A stretch of DNA of 64,000 nucleotides. Origin: Picochlorum sp. SENEW3 (Eukaryota). Each line of letters begins with the position of its first letter. Position 1 is the stretch's first letter. The notes under the pieces are model-generated. The model saw only the letters and a program-made list of their open reading frames with translations. It ran no database searches and was not told the origin of the DNA. Made by a program: the position numbers and the translations under genes. Shown here piece by piece: positions 23,863 through 32,865 of the stretch. The DNA is taken from NCBI GenBank assembly GCA_034226945.1, contig CP120454.1, forward strand, positions 1,240,001 through 1,304,000, written 5' to 3'.

Positions 23863-24682
23863 CCTCCGAATTGTCCAAATCCTTATCTGATTCTACAAAT
23901 GTATAGGCACCCTGCAGACCTGGCAAGCTAGACTGAATATATGTTTCAGGTGATAATGGCGGGGTACCCGCGACTGCAAAAGAACCGCTAGGTATTTCTA
24001 ATATAGATCCGCCGACACGGCCCGGCTGGTATTGATCGTGGCTCACCCACACCAAACCACACCCAGATGATTTCAACAGTCGTTCAACCTTTCTAGCAGA
24101 CTCTGGATCCAATGCAGATGTTGGCTCGTCGAGTAATAGAAACACAGGATTCAACGCTAAAGCAATGGCTATATGAACTCGTTGGGCTTGACCACCAGAC
24201 AGAGACGCCCACGACTGATGAAGTATTGATTGTTCAAGCCCCAAGTAGTGAATCAGTTGAGGCAAGTCACCTCGAGGCCTCCTTCGCTGCGCAGCAAATT
24301 GCTGCACTTTGAAATAGAATTCGGCCGGAGTATCCGTAAATCCAGTCCTAGACTGCGATATATAGCTCACTTGAGCCCTCCAATCTGGCAGACGGATATT
24401 CTCTTGCGATACGCCGTTGAAAAACAGGGTACGTGGCTCAACCCTGTCCAACCCAGCTAAACTTCGAAGCAACTGACTTTTTCCAGCTCCGCTCGGACCA
24501 CGAATGAACAGAGTCTCTCCTCGTCGGATAGAGAAGGATATATTTGTAAACAAAAGTTTATCACCCACTTGTTTGGACAATCCCCGTACCAGCAACTCCT
24601 CCCGAGGCTCGTGCTTGTCTTGTTCAATATCAAACTCCTCGTGGTTATGGAGGCCTTCAACTTGCCCCACAGACATTCGCAT
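23777..24682 (-). CDS. Stand-alone ABC ATPase (FetA/YbbL, STAR1-like)
   Basis: Walker A GPSGAGKS, Q-loop YISQ, signature LSGGQAQR, Walker B LLLDEPTSALD, H-loop WVSHD; no TM segments. Confidence 0.92.
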   Translation of the reverse strand: MRMSVGQVEGLHNHEEFDIEQDKHEPREELLVRGLSKQVGDKLLFTNISFSIRRGETLFIRGPSGAGKSQLLRSLAGLDRVEPRTLFFNGVSQENIRLPDWRAQVSYISQSRTGFTDTPAEFYFKVQQFAAQRRRPRGDLPQLIHYLGLEQSILHQSWASLSGGQAQRVHIAIALALNPVFLLLDEPTSALDPESARKVERLLKSSGCGLVWVSHDQYQPGRVGGSILEIPSGSFAVAGTPPLSPETYIQSSLPGLQGAYTFVESDKDLDNSEDGGSPSSLFNPKQYEPRAAGRPWGPDSH

Positions 24683-24977
24683 GGAATATTTGTGTGATGA
24701 TACGATTGGATCTGCAAGAAGGAGGCTTCATACGGCAGAAATGTACGTTTGGGTTTGAACATGGAATCTTTTTTGAACACCTAGTTCCGTAAAAAGAAAT
24801 AGAATGTTCTTCTTTTTATGGGTATTCTACAACTGCATGTTCAATCATGCGGCGCACCATACACGTAAAAGTATCTAAAAAAGATGTATTAAAACAATAT
24901 GTCCGTCTGCCTGGCTGAGACGTACAGGCCTATCGATTCGGTCTTTTTTTCTTCAAAGGAACATGTCTTGAACGAAC

Positions 24978-25748
24978 ATGGATGAAGCCGATAGGAAGGC
25001 ATCCATGCGCGCTGTATGGAGTAAACGACAGAAATATAAATATGATGTGACTAGAAGACGACATTCTACTCGGGATGCAGGAACAGGAAGAGCAAGAGGA
25101 GGAGCAAGAGGGAGGCCTGGGGCTCATAGAGTAGCAGAGCAGCGTGATCGATATGATGACATTGTCGAAGAAGGGACGGTAGAAAGAGGAGAGGATTATG
25201 AAGAATGGTTGGCAATGTGCCCGAAGGAGCCTCCCGACGTGTTGGTTCGACAGCGTGCCCTGTTGCCTGATGTGGATTTTCTGCGCAGGACTTTACTAGA
25301 GGAGCATGTCACATCGTCTTCGGTAGACGACACGGGTGGATTGAATCTACAGTATATAGCATCCGTGTTGAGTTGTATCCCAAGTATACAGGATGTGCTT
25401 GATGTGCCAGATGAGACCATGCTGGTCATGTTTGGTCAAAAAAGAACTAGGCAGTATTCTTCTGCAGAAGGGTACCCGCCCCAGTCCACTCCAGATGATG
25501 CCTCTGATGCACAAGAAATGACACACGCTCTTGCTGAGAAGGAAAAGATTATAGCAACAGAAAGAGTGTCGCAGGAGAGTGCTATTCCCCATGGAAGGGA
25601 GAATGTTGGTGAAACCAACAAGCAGGTCTCTGTGGATGATGTTCTTGCCGCTGCCATGGGCGACCACTTGTCACTGAATACAGCATCAGATCACCCAGTA
25701 AGTCGAGAAGAACAAGACGATTTAGACGCTTGGTTTGAGAACTTATAA
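24978..25748 (+). CDS. Uncharacterised protein, possibly Aven/CER16-like
   Basis: Basic RG-rich N-terminus, DRYDD motif and terminal DDLDAWFENL. The family link rests on short motifs only. Confidence 0.55.
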   Translation: MDEADRKASMRAVWSKRQKYKYDVTRRRHSTRDAGTGRARGGARGRPGAHRVAEQRDRYDDIVEEGTVERGEDYEEWLAMCPKEPPDVLVRQRALLPDVDFLRRTLLEEHVTSSSVDDTGGLNLQYIASVLSCIPSIQDVLDVPDETMLVMFGQKRTRQYSSAEGYPPQSTPDDASDAQEMTHALAEKEKIIATERVSQESAIPHGRENVGETNKQVSVDDVLAAAMGDHLSLNTASDHPVSREEQDDLDAWFENL

Positions 25749-25798
25749 ACAAAAGAAATAGTAAAAACAATGAAGAACCATATATGTTAACATACTGC

Positions 25799-27010
25799 CT
25801 ATGAGTCTGGATCTATGACTGCATGTCTCAATGGCACATCACGAGCCGCTTGGAACAAACGCGTATATGTCCTAGAACCATGTGTCGTCAAGTCAATTGG
25901 GCGTAAAGACATGCTATTTATACAGTATGGGTCGGCTCCGGCATCAAGCAACATTGACACACAGTCAAAGTGATCCCCACGAACTGCATTATGCAGCGGC
26001 GAATCCCCATCATTATCCGACGTATGCACACAATCTGGAGCCTTGTCAAGTAGTAACCCAAGAATAGATACATAACCACCGGCTGCAGCGTCATGGAGCG
26101 GTGTTGCTCCATCCTCATCTACCACATTCGCTGCATGTCCCATGTCCAGGAGAAATTGCGCAATTTCATAATGCCCATGCAAGCACGCCAAATGGAGCGC
26201 AGTGTCCCCAGTAGGCCCAACCATACCCAAGGGCGACCGCATGATTGCAGCCGTCTGAAACACAGCAGTGAGATTTCCTTCCTCAATTGCTTGATGGAAT
26301 CTCTCCAAAATCTGCTCTGAACTGGTATGCATCTCCCATCTCCAAATATCCATTAATCTATTCGCCATATACTCCACCGAATAACTTCTCATCGGTGAGT
26401 ACTGATTATTATTCAAACGCGGATTCATATCAAAGCGATCCAGATGCCCCACCATCACCTGTATTGCACGAAACGCAAATGTACATTCATCCGACCGCCT
26501 CGCCCGGGACAATGACCCGACCCTTCGATCCACATTCCTCAAATATGTATGACGAATATGCTCTGCCAATCTATGACACTCCCTACGAATGCGTTCCTCA
26601 TCCAGCTCCCCTTGCACCTCGTTGACCACCACCTGACCAGTACCTTGCACCTCCCCCTCACCCATCCGACGTCTATGCACATGAATAATCGTCTCAATCA
26701 AACTATCATGCTCAGACAAGGGTTCTTGTCCCAGATTATCAGCAAGAAAATCAGGCTCCTGCAATACCCCATGCCCACCTACCACTCCAGTATACCGGTC
26801 CGCCTCCTCCTCCGCGATACTCCGCCGGTACATTTCCATCCCTGCTTGTAAATTCCGCAAATTCCTTTGCTGTTCGTCGAGATGTCGCTGGCTCTGACGC
26901 TCTCCATCACGAAAACCATGCCGTTGATTCAAACGCGGTCCTTCCTCTTTGACTCGCTCTTCTAAAACAGAATCACGACTATCCAAATAGCCTCGAAATG
27001 GAATCCCCAT
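25799..27010 (-). CDS. Ankyrin-repeat protein
   Basis: Three ankyrin repeats (GDTALHLAC, GATPLHDAA, GDSPLHNAV); first in-frame ATG at 27010. Confidence 0.85.
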   Translation of the reverse strand: MGIPFRGYLDSRDSVLEERVKEEGPRLNQRHGFRDGERQSQRHLDEQQRNLRNLQAGMEMYRRSIAEEEADRYTGVVGGHGVLQEPDFLADNLGQEPLSEHDSLIETIIHVHRRRMGEGEVQGTGQVVVNEVQGELDEERIRRECHRLAEHIRHTYLRNVDRRVGSLSRARRSDECTFAFRAIQVMVGHLDRFDMNPRLNNNQYSPMRSYSVEYMANRLMDIWRWEMHTSSEQILERFHQAIEEGNLTAVFQTAAIMRSPLGMVGPTGDTALHLACLHGHYEIAQFLLDMGHAANVVDEDGATPLHDAAAGGYVSILGLLLDKAPDCVHTSDNDGDSPLHNAVRGDHFDCVSMLLDAGADPYCINSMSLRPIDLTTHGSRTYTRLFQAARDVPLRHAVIDPDS

Positions 27011-27272
27011 GCTTGGAAATAATAAAACAACGAAGACAAAGGAAGCTGGGCTGGAAAATGTGTCTTGATTCGTTAACGAATTCGCCCTATTGATATAGAG
27101 TACGGTCAATGGCACCGTTGGACCGAAGACCGTAACCAAATGGACAACGATCGGTCGGGTCTGGTCCCATAGGTCGGATATTCTGCTCACGTATGACTAT
27201 TGAACACAAAAACTGCATATAAAATAGTTGATTGACGTGGAGAGAAGGCGTATCATCGTAGGAGAAGAAACC

Positions 27273-28034
27273 ATGGCACCTTCGGCAACGGTCAAGAGGG
27301 AAATCACAGCAGCCCAAGGGTTTCTGGCCAAATCAGATGGGAAAGATAAATTATTAGCGACATTACAATATGCAGCCATGTTCCTCTCTGCGGGTTCCCC
27401 TGGGGCTGCGAAAAAAGTGCAAGTGTCTCTGGCAACAGCTCGAAAGGCGTTTCGTATTATGAAACCCGTCGAGTCTATTCTACCGGTAGTGATGAATCCA
27501 TCATTAGATTGGAGAAGACCTGTGTATGTGGAGATCTTGAAGAAGCTGAAATGTATTCTGATGGCCGTGTACTTTGGAGGGGACCATATTGTTTGGCTGA
27601 AACTGTCTGGGTTGATTGCAACAGACCCAAAGAAACAGAGCAGGTTTATAGAATTGGCTCAAAAGGCGTCTTTGTATGGATGGTTTGGAGGGTCTCTATG
27701 TGGTATATTGACAGAAATATATGATATACAGAATCTGTTGTCGAAAAAGTATGGAGAGACGGATGAGGCGTATGTCAAGAGGCAAAAAGAGCTTGAGCCA
27801 GAGTTGCGTCGGAGGGCGATTGTGTTGGTCCATGGTGTGTTCCAAGCGTTGTTGGCGGTAGGGTTGTTGGGATTGAGGCCGTGGAAGCCTCGCACTGTTG
27901 GTTTGTTTGGAGTTGCTGCCAGTGCGATCAACTGCTACATGTTGTACCCTGCTGTGGATCGGTCTAGCTCTGTTATTGCTACTGGAGCGGGAGCAGGAGC
28001 GGGAGGGAAGAAGGATGATAAGAAAGCGGCGTGA
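27273..28034 (+). CDS. PEX11: Peroxisomal membrane protein PEX11
   Basis: FLAKSDGKDKLLATLQY, SLATARKAFR, YFGGDHIVWL. Confidence 0.92.
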   Translation: MAPSATVKREITAAQGFLAKSDGKDKLLATLQYAAMFLSAGSPGAAKKVQVSLATARKAFRIMKPVESILPVVMNPSLDWRRPVYVEILKKLKCILMAVYFGGDHIVWLKLSGLIATDPKKQSRFIELAQKASLYGWFGGSLCGILTEIYDIQNLLSKKYGETDEAYVKRQKELEPELRRRAIVLVHGVFQALLAVGLLGLRPWKPRTVGLFGVAASAINCYMLYPAVDRSSSVIATGAGAGAGGKKDDKKAA

Positions 28035-28460
28035 TTTTCGTACCACCAGGGAACCAAAGGAAATGCGTATTCCGCGCAGTACGGTACATCTTTGTACTGT
28101 GAGTGGAGGCCTCAATGTTCATTTGACTTGTCATACATCATATAATTATGGACAGCGGCGTGGCATACAGCGTCATCGTTTGAACTCGTCTGTAGTAATA
28201 TTTAAAAGAATACCCGAGTCGAGTGTCGAGGACTCCATCAGAGGTTATATTGAGCCTCCCCACAGACGTTCGTTTGCAAACAATGGCAATTGCCCGGTCA
28301 AAATGGATACTGGAACCCCGGGCCCGGGGCCCCTCGGATGCGACATCCTGTTGTCCACGCGTGGATGCCAGTTGCTTGAGATGCCATTTCGCCAGGCATA
28401 CCCCTTTACTTCATAAATAAAATAAAAATTTGCCCATATTTGGAAAGACAGAGCGCCAAG

Positions 28461-28880
28461 ATGAATATTATCGTCAGGGTTCTGCACCTGGTAATCGCAA
28501 TCGTATTGCTGTCGCCTCTGGTTGACATTGTTTTGCCAAATTGTGGCATGCAATCCGGAGATATCAAAAACCAACTGCTTTTTAATATTCCAAAGGTGCT
28601 CTTTGGAGGGATGCCACCGCCTCTAGAGGCTGAGAACTGGTTTTTCTACAGCGTGTCCGTAGCAGTTGGTTCTTGTTACCTCCTCTGTGGTGCCACTGGT
28701 GACGAGGTCCTGGCCAGGTATCTCTGTTTCGCCAGAACCGTCGTTGGAATTATGAATCTTTCAATTGCTCACATGAGTCATCGCTCCAATTATATTTTCG
28801 CAGTCATTGAATTTGTGTCTGCATTCGCTGTCTGGAAGACTCTGCCAGTACGGGGAGCCATGCACCACAAAAGGAATTAA
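28461..28880 (+). CDS. Small orphan membrane protein (about 4 TM)
   Basis: 139-aa intronless ORF with four hydrophobic segments; no family recognised. Confidence 0.6.
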   Translation: MNIIVRVLHLVIAIVLLSPLVDIVLPNCGMQSGDIKNQLLFNIPKVLFGGMPPPLEAENWFFYSVSVAVGSCYLLCGATGDEVLARYLCFARTVVGIMNLSIAHMSHRSNYIFAVIEFVSAFAVWKTLPVRGAMHHKRN

Positions 28881-29327
28881 TAATCAGACTTTTGCAAGTC
28901 GTGCAGTGTTTGGTACTTTATATTTTTATCAATCATAGGCTGCGGTGTCTCCTCTTTCTTTGCCAAAATGTGCAGACGTACCCATCTCAGCAGGTCCTAA
29001 CAATCCACCTAGGTGGATCCAGGCATGGGCATTCATGTGAGTGATTTGATCAAAAAAATTCCATCAGGATATCAGGCGCTTCATTTTGTAATAATATGGA
29101 GCTGACACGAATAAAAGTGTGATACATAACTACACTTGTTGTCCTTTACCGATGAGGAAGCTCCCTTAAGGGTCTACTGGAGACTAGCCTAGGGCCGCTA
29201 GTAGTTTGCAATTGCAATTGCGAATTGGGCCCGGGCCAACGTGGCCATGGGGACGCATGTTTGGTAGATACTTTGTCCATACCGATTCAGCCTGTATTTA
29301 TACTAAATTAACATTTGTAGTAACAGT

Positions 29328-30152
29328 ATGAGTGGAATCCGTTTAGATTTGAGTCATGTGGCGCCGAGGAGCGTTCGACAACACCATCGTGATGAAACCC
29401 ACGACCTGTCTGTGTCAGTAGATCGGTTTCAGATGCCTGATGTGGATGATTTTGATACATTTGAACGTGAAGTAGTGGAATATGTCAAGCCAAATCACGG
29501 AACGACGACGCTTGGGTTTATTTTCAACGGAGGGATCATCATAGCTGTTGATTCCCGTGCGAGTCAGGGATCGTATATTTCTTCTCAATCTGTGAAAAAG
29601 GTTATTGAAATTAATCCATTTTTGCTGGGAACGATGGCTGGTGGTGCTGCTGACTGTCAGTTTTGGGAGCGTAACTTGGGGAGACAGTGTCGGTTGTATG
29701 AATTGAATCATGGGAAGAGGATTACTGTGCGTGCGGCGTCAAAGTTGCTGGCAAATACAGTGTATTCGTATAGAGGAAGTGGTTTATCTATGGGTACAAT
29801 GGTTGCGGGGTGGGATGCGACCGGGCCTGGGTTGTATTATGTGGATTCAGATGGACAGCGGACTGGTGGCAAGGTGTTTTCTGTAGGGTCTGGTTCCTTG
29901 TATGCGTATGGTGTGTTGGATGAAGGGTATTCGTGGGATTTAAGTGTGGAGGATGCGATTGAGTTGGGACAGAGGGCGATTTATCATGCCACGTTTAGAG
30001 ATGCTGCGTCTGGTGGGTGTGTGAGTGTATATCATGTGACGGAGAATGGGTGGACAAAGATGCGTGGGGAGGAGGTTGGTGATTTGCATTACAAATATTA
30101 TGCGACGCCGGAGGATCATCCAACAAAGATTGTGGATCCATTGCGTATATAA
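29328..30152 (+). CDS. PBE1: 20S proteasome subunit beta-5
   Basis: Propeptide then [47 protein letters not shown]. Confidence 0.97.
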   Translation: MSGIRLDLSHVAPRSVRQHHRDETHDLSVSVDRFQMPDVDDFDTFEREVVEYVKPNHGTTTLGFIFNGGIIIAVDSRASQGSYISSQSVKKVIEINPFLLGTMAGGAADCQFWERNLGRQCRLYELNHGKRITVRAASKLLANTVYSYRGSGLSMGTMVAGWDATGPGLYYVDSDGQRTGGKVFSVGSGSLYAYGVLDEGYSWDLSVEDAIELGQRAIYHATFRDAASGGCVSVYHVTENGWTKMRGEEVGDLHYKYYATPEDHPTKIVDPLRI

Positions 30153-30188
30153 TAATGTACTATATGTTGTAGTAGATGTAAAGATGCT

Positions 30189-32375
30189 TTATCGTTGATA
30201 GATGGAGTAGACTCGGAGCATGCGTGCAGCTGATCTCAGTTTTATTTCTGGGCTCATCTGGGATGCTAATGCGAGCATGTCTGCTCTCAACCGCATCCAT
30301 TCTTCGTTGGCGCTGCGTCGTAAGAGTCCCTTGTGGCGTTCAAACAAGAGTTCTGTTTCATCAAATGCGACTGCAAGTCTATACCAGAATTCTCCAATCT
30401 GCTCCAATGATGGCATTGTTGATGGCGATGGACCGATGTCTCCGACATCGACTCGTGTGTTACTCTGTTGTGGAACGAGGGATTCCAGTGACCGTTCCAC
30501 GTCAATCATCGCAAGCCTGGATCCGGCAGCTTCTCGCCGAGGATCTGGTGGAGCAGGCGTCAAGAATCGACCGAGGGCATACAAGCACGCGCCTCCCATG
30601 ATGAAGGCGGGAATGGCAGCCACCAGAGAAATGGAAAGCTCATTTGCTTTTAAAATCTGATCAATCTCTAGCATGGCCGACTCGGTATCAACCTTCATTT
30701 TCTGCACTTGGATGAGCAAGGACCGCATCAAGTCACCTGCAACAAGGTTTTTGATGGGCCGTTTTAGCTCATTTTCATATGAATGCATCATCACCTCCAT
30801 GCCTTCGAGAACAGAGTCTTCGCCATCAACAGAATTCGAAACCGCTACTGGTAGAGCAGTCTTCTTCTTCCTCTGCATGTCTTGTTTGAACTCTTGCAGC
30901 ATTCTTTTTAGACTGTCTCTGTCAGCTTCATATTCTTCAATGGACACAATCGAGGGGCGGCGACGGAAGGTATTAAACAGCTCACCCTGTAAGTTCTCAA
31001 GTGGTTCGATAACGTGAGATGACCATGCTGATTGGACGGCTTTTGCTGATGTTCGGACCCAGTTTTCCAAATCTTTGCTTCCACACACTGGGCTGTGTTT
31101 GATAACAAATACACATCCATACGCGCACCCTAAGGCAACAGCACTATACCGTATCCAATGTTGTTGCGCCATTGTTGGCATCTTCATCCATTTGGGTATG
31201 TTGACCAGTGGGCGGGTTCGCTGCAGTTGGAAACACACTGCATGAGCAGACCACAGAGCATCATGCACTGTCAATGTTGTGCTCTGCTGTGGTGGCAGAT
31301 ACCCGACGGTACGTTGGGCCTTCCTCAAAACAGCATCTGACGATTGATCGTGTATATATCCAGACGTTGCCCGAGTTAGCACACTCATTTGTGGAGACAA
31401 TGGATGCGTGACATCAGTTTGTGTCCAAATCTTTTTCAATTTGGTCACTCCCAATGCCTTCAACAATGTCTGAGAGAATATTGCTCTATCCTCTGCATTT
31501 TCGGCAGGCCTGTGAACCAAAGATTGAGCCTTTAGAACATCATCAGATTTGCTCTTCAATGTGTCAAATGTATCAATGACTGACAGCATGGCGCATCTCA
31601 CAGCATGCTCTGTACGCCCAAATAGTGTCTCATCATCGCCTCCTGTGCCCATGGACATGGCATCATCATTATTACTTGGACTCTGTTCTGACGGAGGCGC
31701 ACTCTCCGCCGTATCTTCCAACTCCTGATTGCGATCGTCATACTCATCAAGTCCAGCCTTGTTCAAATACAGACTTGATGCAGATTCATGCACAGATGCA
31801 ACAGCCTCACACAATGCCGCTCTCAACACTCTAAACAACAATACCCGGGCCTCTACCAATTCAGTATCATACGATTCAGCCTGAGGATGCGACTCGTTCC
31901 CCTCCGCAGAACGCCCCCTCAATCTTGATGCAAGCTGCTGTATCATGTAGACCATCTTCTCAGCAAATGCAACAGGACCTCGTCGAAGCAACGCAAACCA
32001 AAAATGACCTCCTCGTTCAAGACGACGGTTCCAAAATTCGAGATTCTGATCAACAATTGACAACTGGGCCAACAGTCGCCCAGAGGCCACCTGTGCAACT
32101 TGCAATGCATGCAACCAGCTTGCTGCAACCTGCTCCTCCCTAGGCGTCGTTGCAGCTCGCTGCAAGGCAAAATATATGCTCTGAGCTTTACTCTCATCTA
32201 TACCAGATACTGGTAAATTATACCGAGCCCTCCCATCTCGTCCAGTCAGAGGATGCACCGTCTTCAGAACGATGAACCTAGCAAAGGTCAAGGGGAGCTT
32301 TATCAGGCGGAACGGGATAAGTATAATTGTCGCCGCTCCATTGGCCCCCCGTCGTCCAAAACCCCCTGATGACAT
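30189..32375 (-). CDS. DGS1: DGS1/NCA2-domain mitochondrial outer membrane protein
   Basis: YENELKRPIKNLVAGDLMRSLLIQVQKMKVDTESAMLEIDQILKANELS is the NCA2 core. Confidence 0.9.
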   Translation of the reverse strand: MSSGGFGRRGANGAATIILIPFRLIKLPLTFARFIVLKTVHPLTGRDGRARYNLPVSGIDESKAQSIYFALQRAATTPREEQVAASWLHALQVAQVASGRLLAQLSIVDQNLEFWNRRLERGGHFWFALLRRGPVAFAEKMVYMIQQLASRLRGRSAEGNESHPQAESYDTELVEARVLLFRVLRAALCEAVASVHESASSLYLNKAGLDEYDDRNQELEDTAESAPPSEQSPSNNDDAMSMGTGGDDETLFGRTEHAVRCAMLSVIDTFDTLKSKSDDVLKAQSLVHRPAENAEDRAIFSQTLLKALGVTKLKKIWTQTDVTHPLSPQMSVLTRATSGYIHDQSSDAVLRKAQRTVGYLPPQQSTTLTVHDALWSAHAVCFQLQRTRPLVNIPKWMKMPTMAQQHWIRYSAVALGCAYGCVFVIKHSPVCGSKDLENWVRTSAKAVQSAWSSHVIEPLENLQGELFNTFRRRPSIVSIEEYEADRDSLKRMLQEFKQDMQRKKKTALPVAVSNSVDGEDSVLEGMEVMMHSYENELKRPIKNLVAGDLMRSLLIQVQKMKVDTESAMLEIDQILKANELSISLVAAIPAFIMGGACLYALGRFLTPAPPDPRREAAGSRLAMIDVERSLESLVPQQSNTRVDVGDIGPSPSTMPSLEQIGEFWYRLAVAFDETELLFERHKGLLRRSANEEWMRLRADMLALASQMSPEIKLRSAARMLRVYSIYQR

Positions 32376-32865
32376 ATTTCCACCATGTATCGTAGATCCT
32401 TGCTGTGTTGCTTTCGTTTACTGGAATGAACGTTGCTTTTCCTTCGACCAGTTGGCATCAAGACTAAAACCCATGGTGTATCCTGCTCTGAGAGGAATTC
32501 CTTGTCTCCGCAGTAATCTATATGGAAAATTAGTTTTCATGAAACGAATTTTGGTGCATCAGACTCTGAGAGCCTGTAGCAACCGTAGAATTCCGATCAA
32601 ACATCCAATATCGAAATACGGAATGATCGGAAGCAAGCTATTCCTATATAATGCGGAATTCTGTCACTACAGAAATATTCTTCACAGTATTATTTCGTAG
32701 TATATCCATATAAAGGGTGTTCGGGGAATATTGTGGCTTGTTATTGAAAAGTCGTTGGGTGGTCGTTGTTGTTTCAGAACAAGAGTCGCTTACGCAGTAT
32801 CCTATCTACCTAAATTGACTCGTACGAGAACTTATTTAATATTCTCATATTGAAACGCCGGCAGA

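Noticed and set aside
27011..27272. N-terminal extensions of the ankyrin and PEX11 ORFs and small ORFs between them
   Set aside because: They mostly rely on non-ATG starts; the region is better explained as a bidirectional promoter and UTRs.
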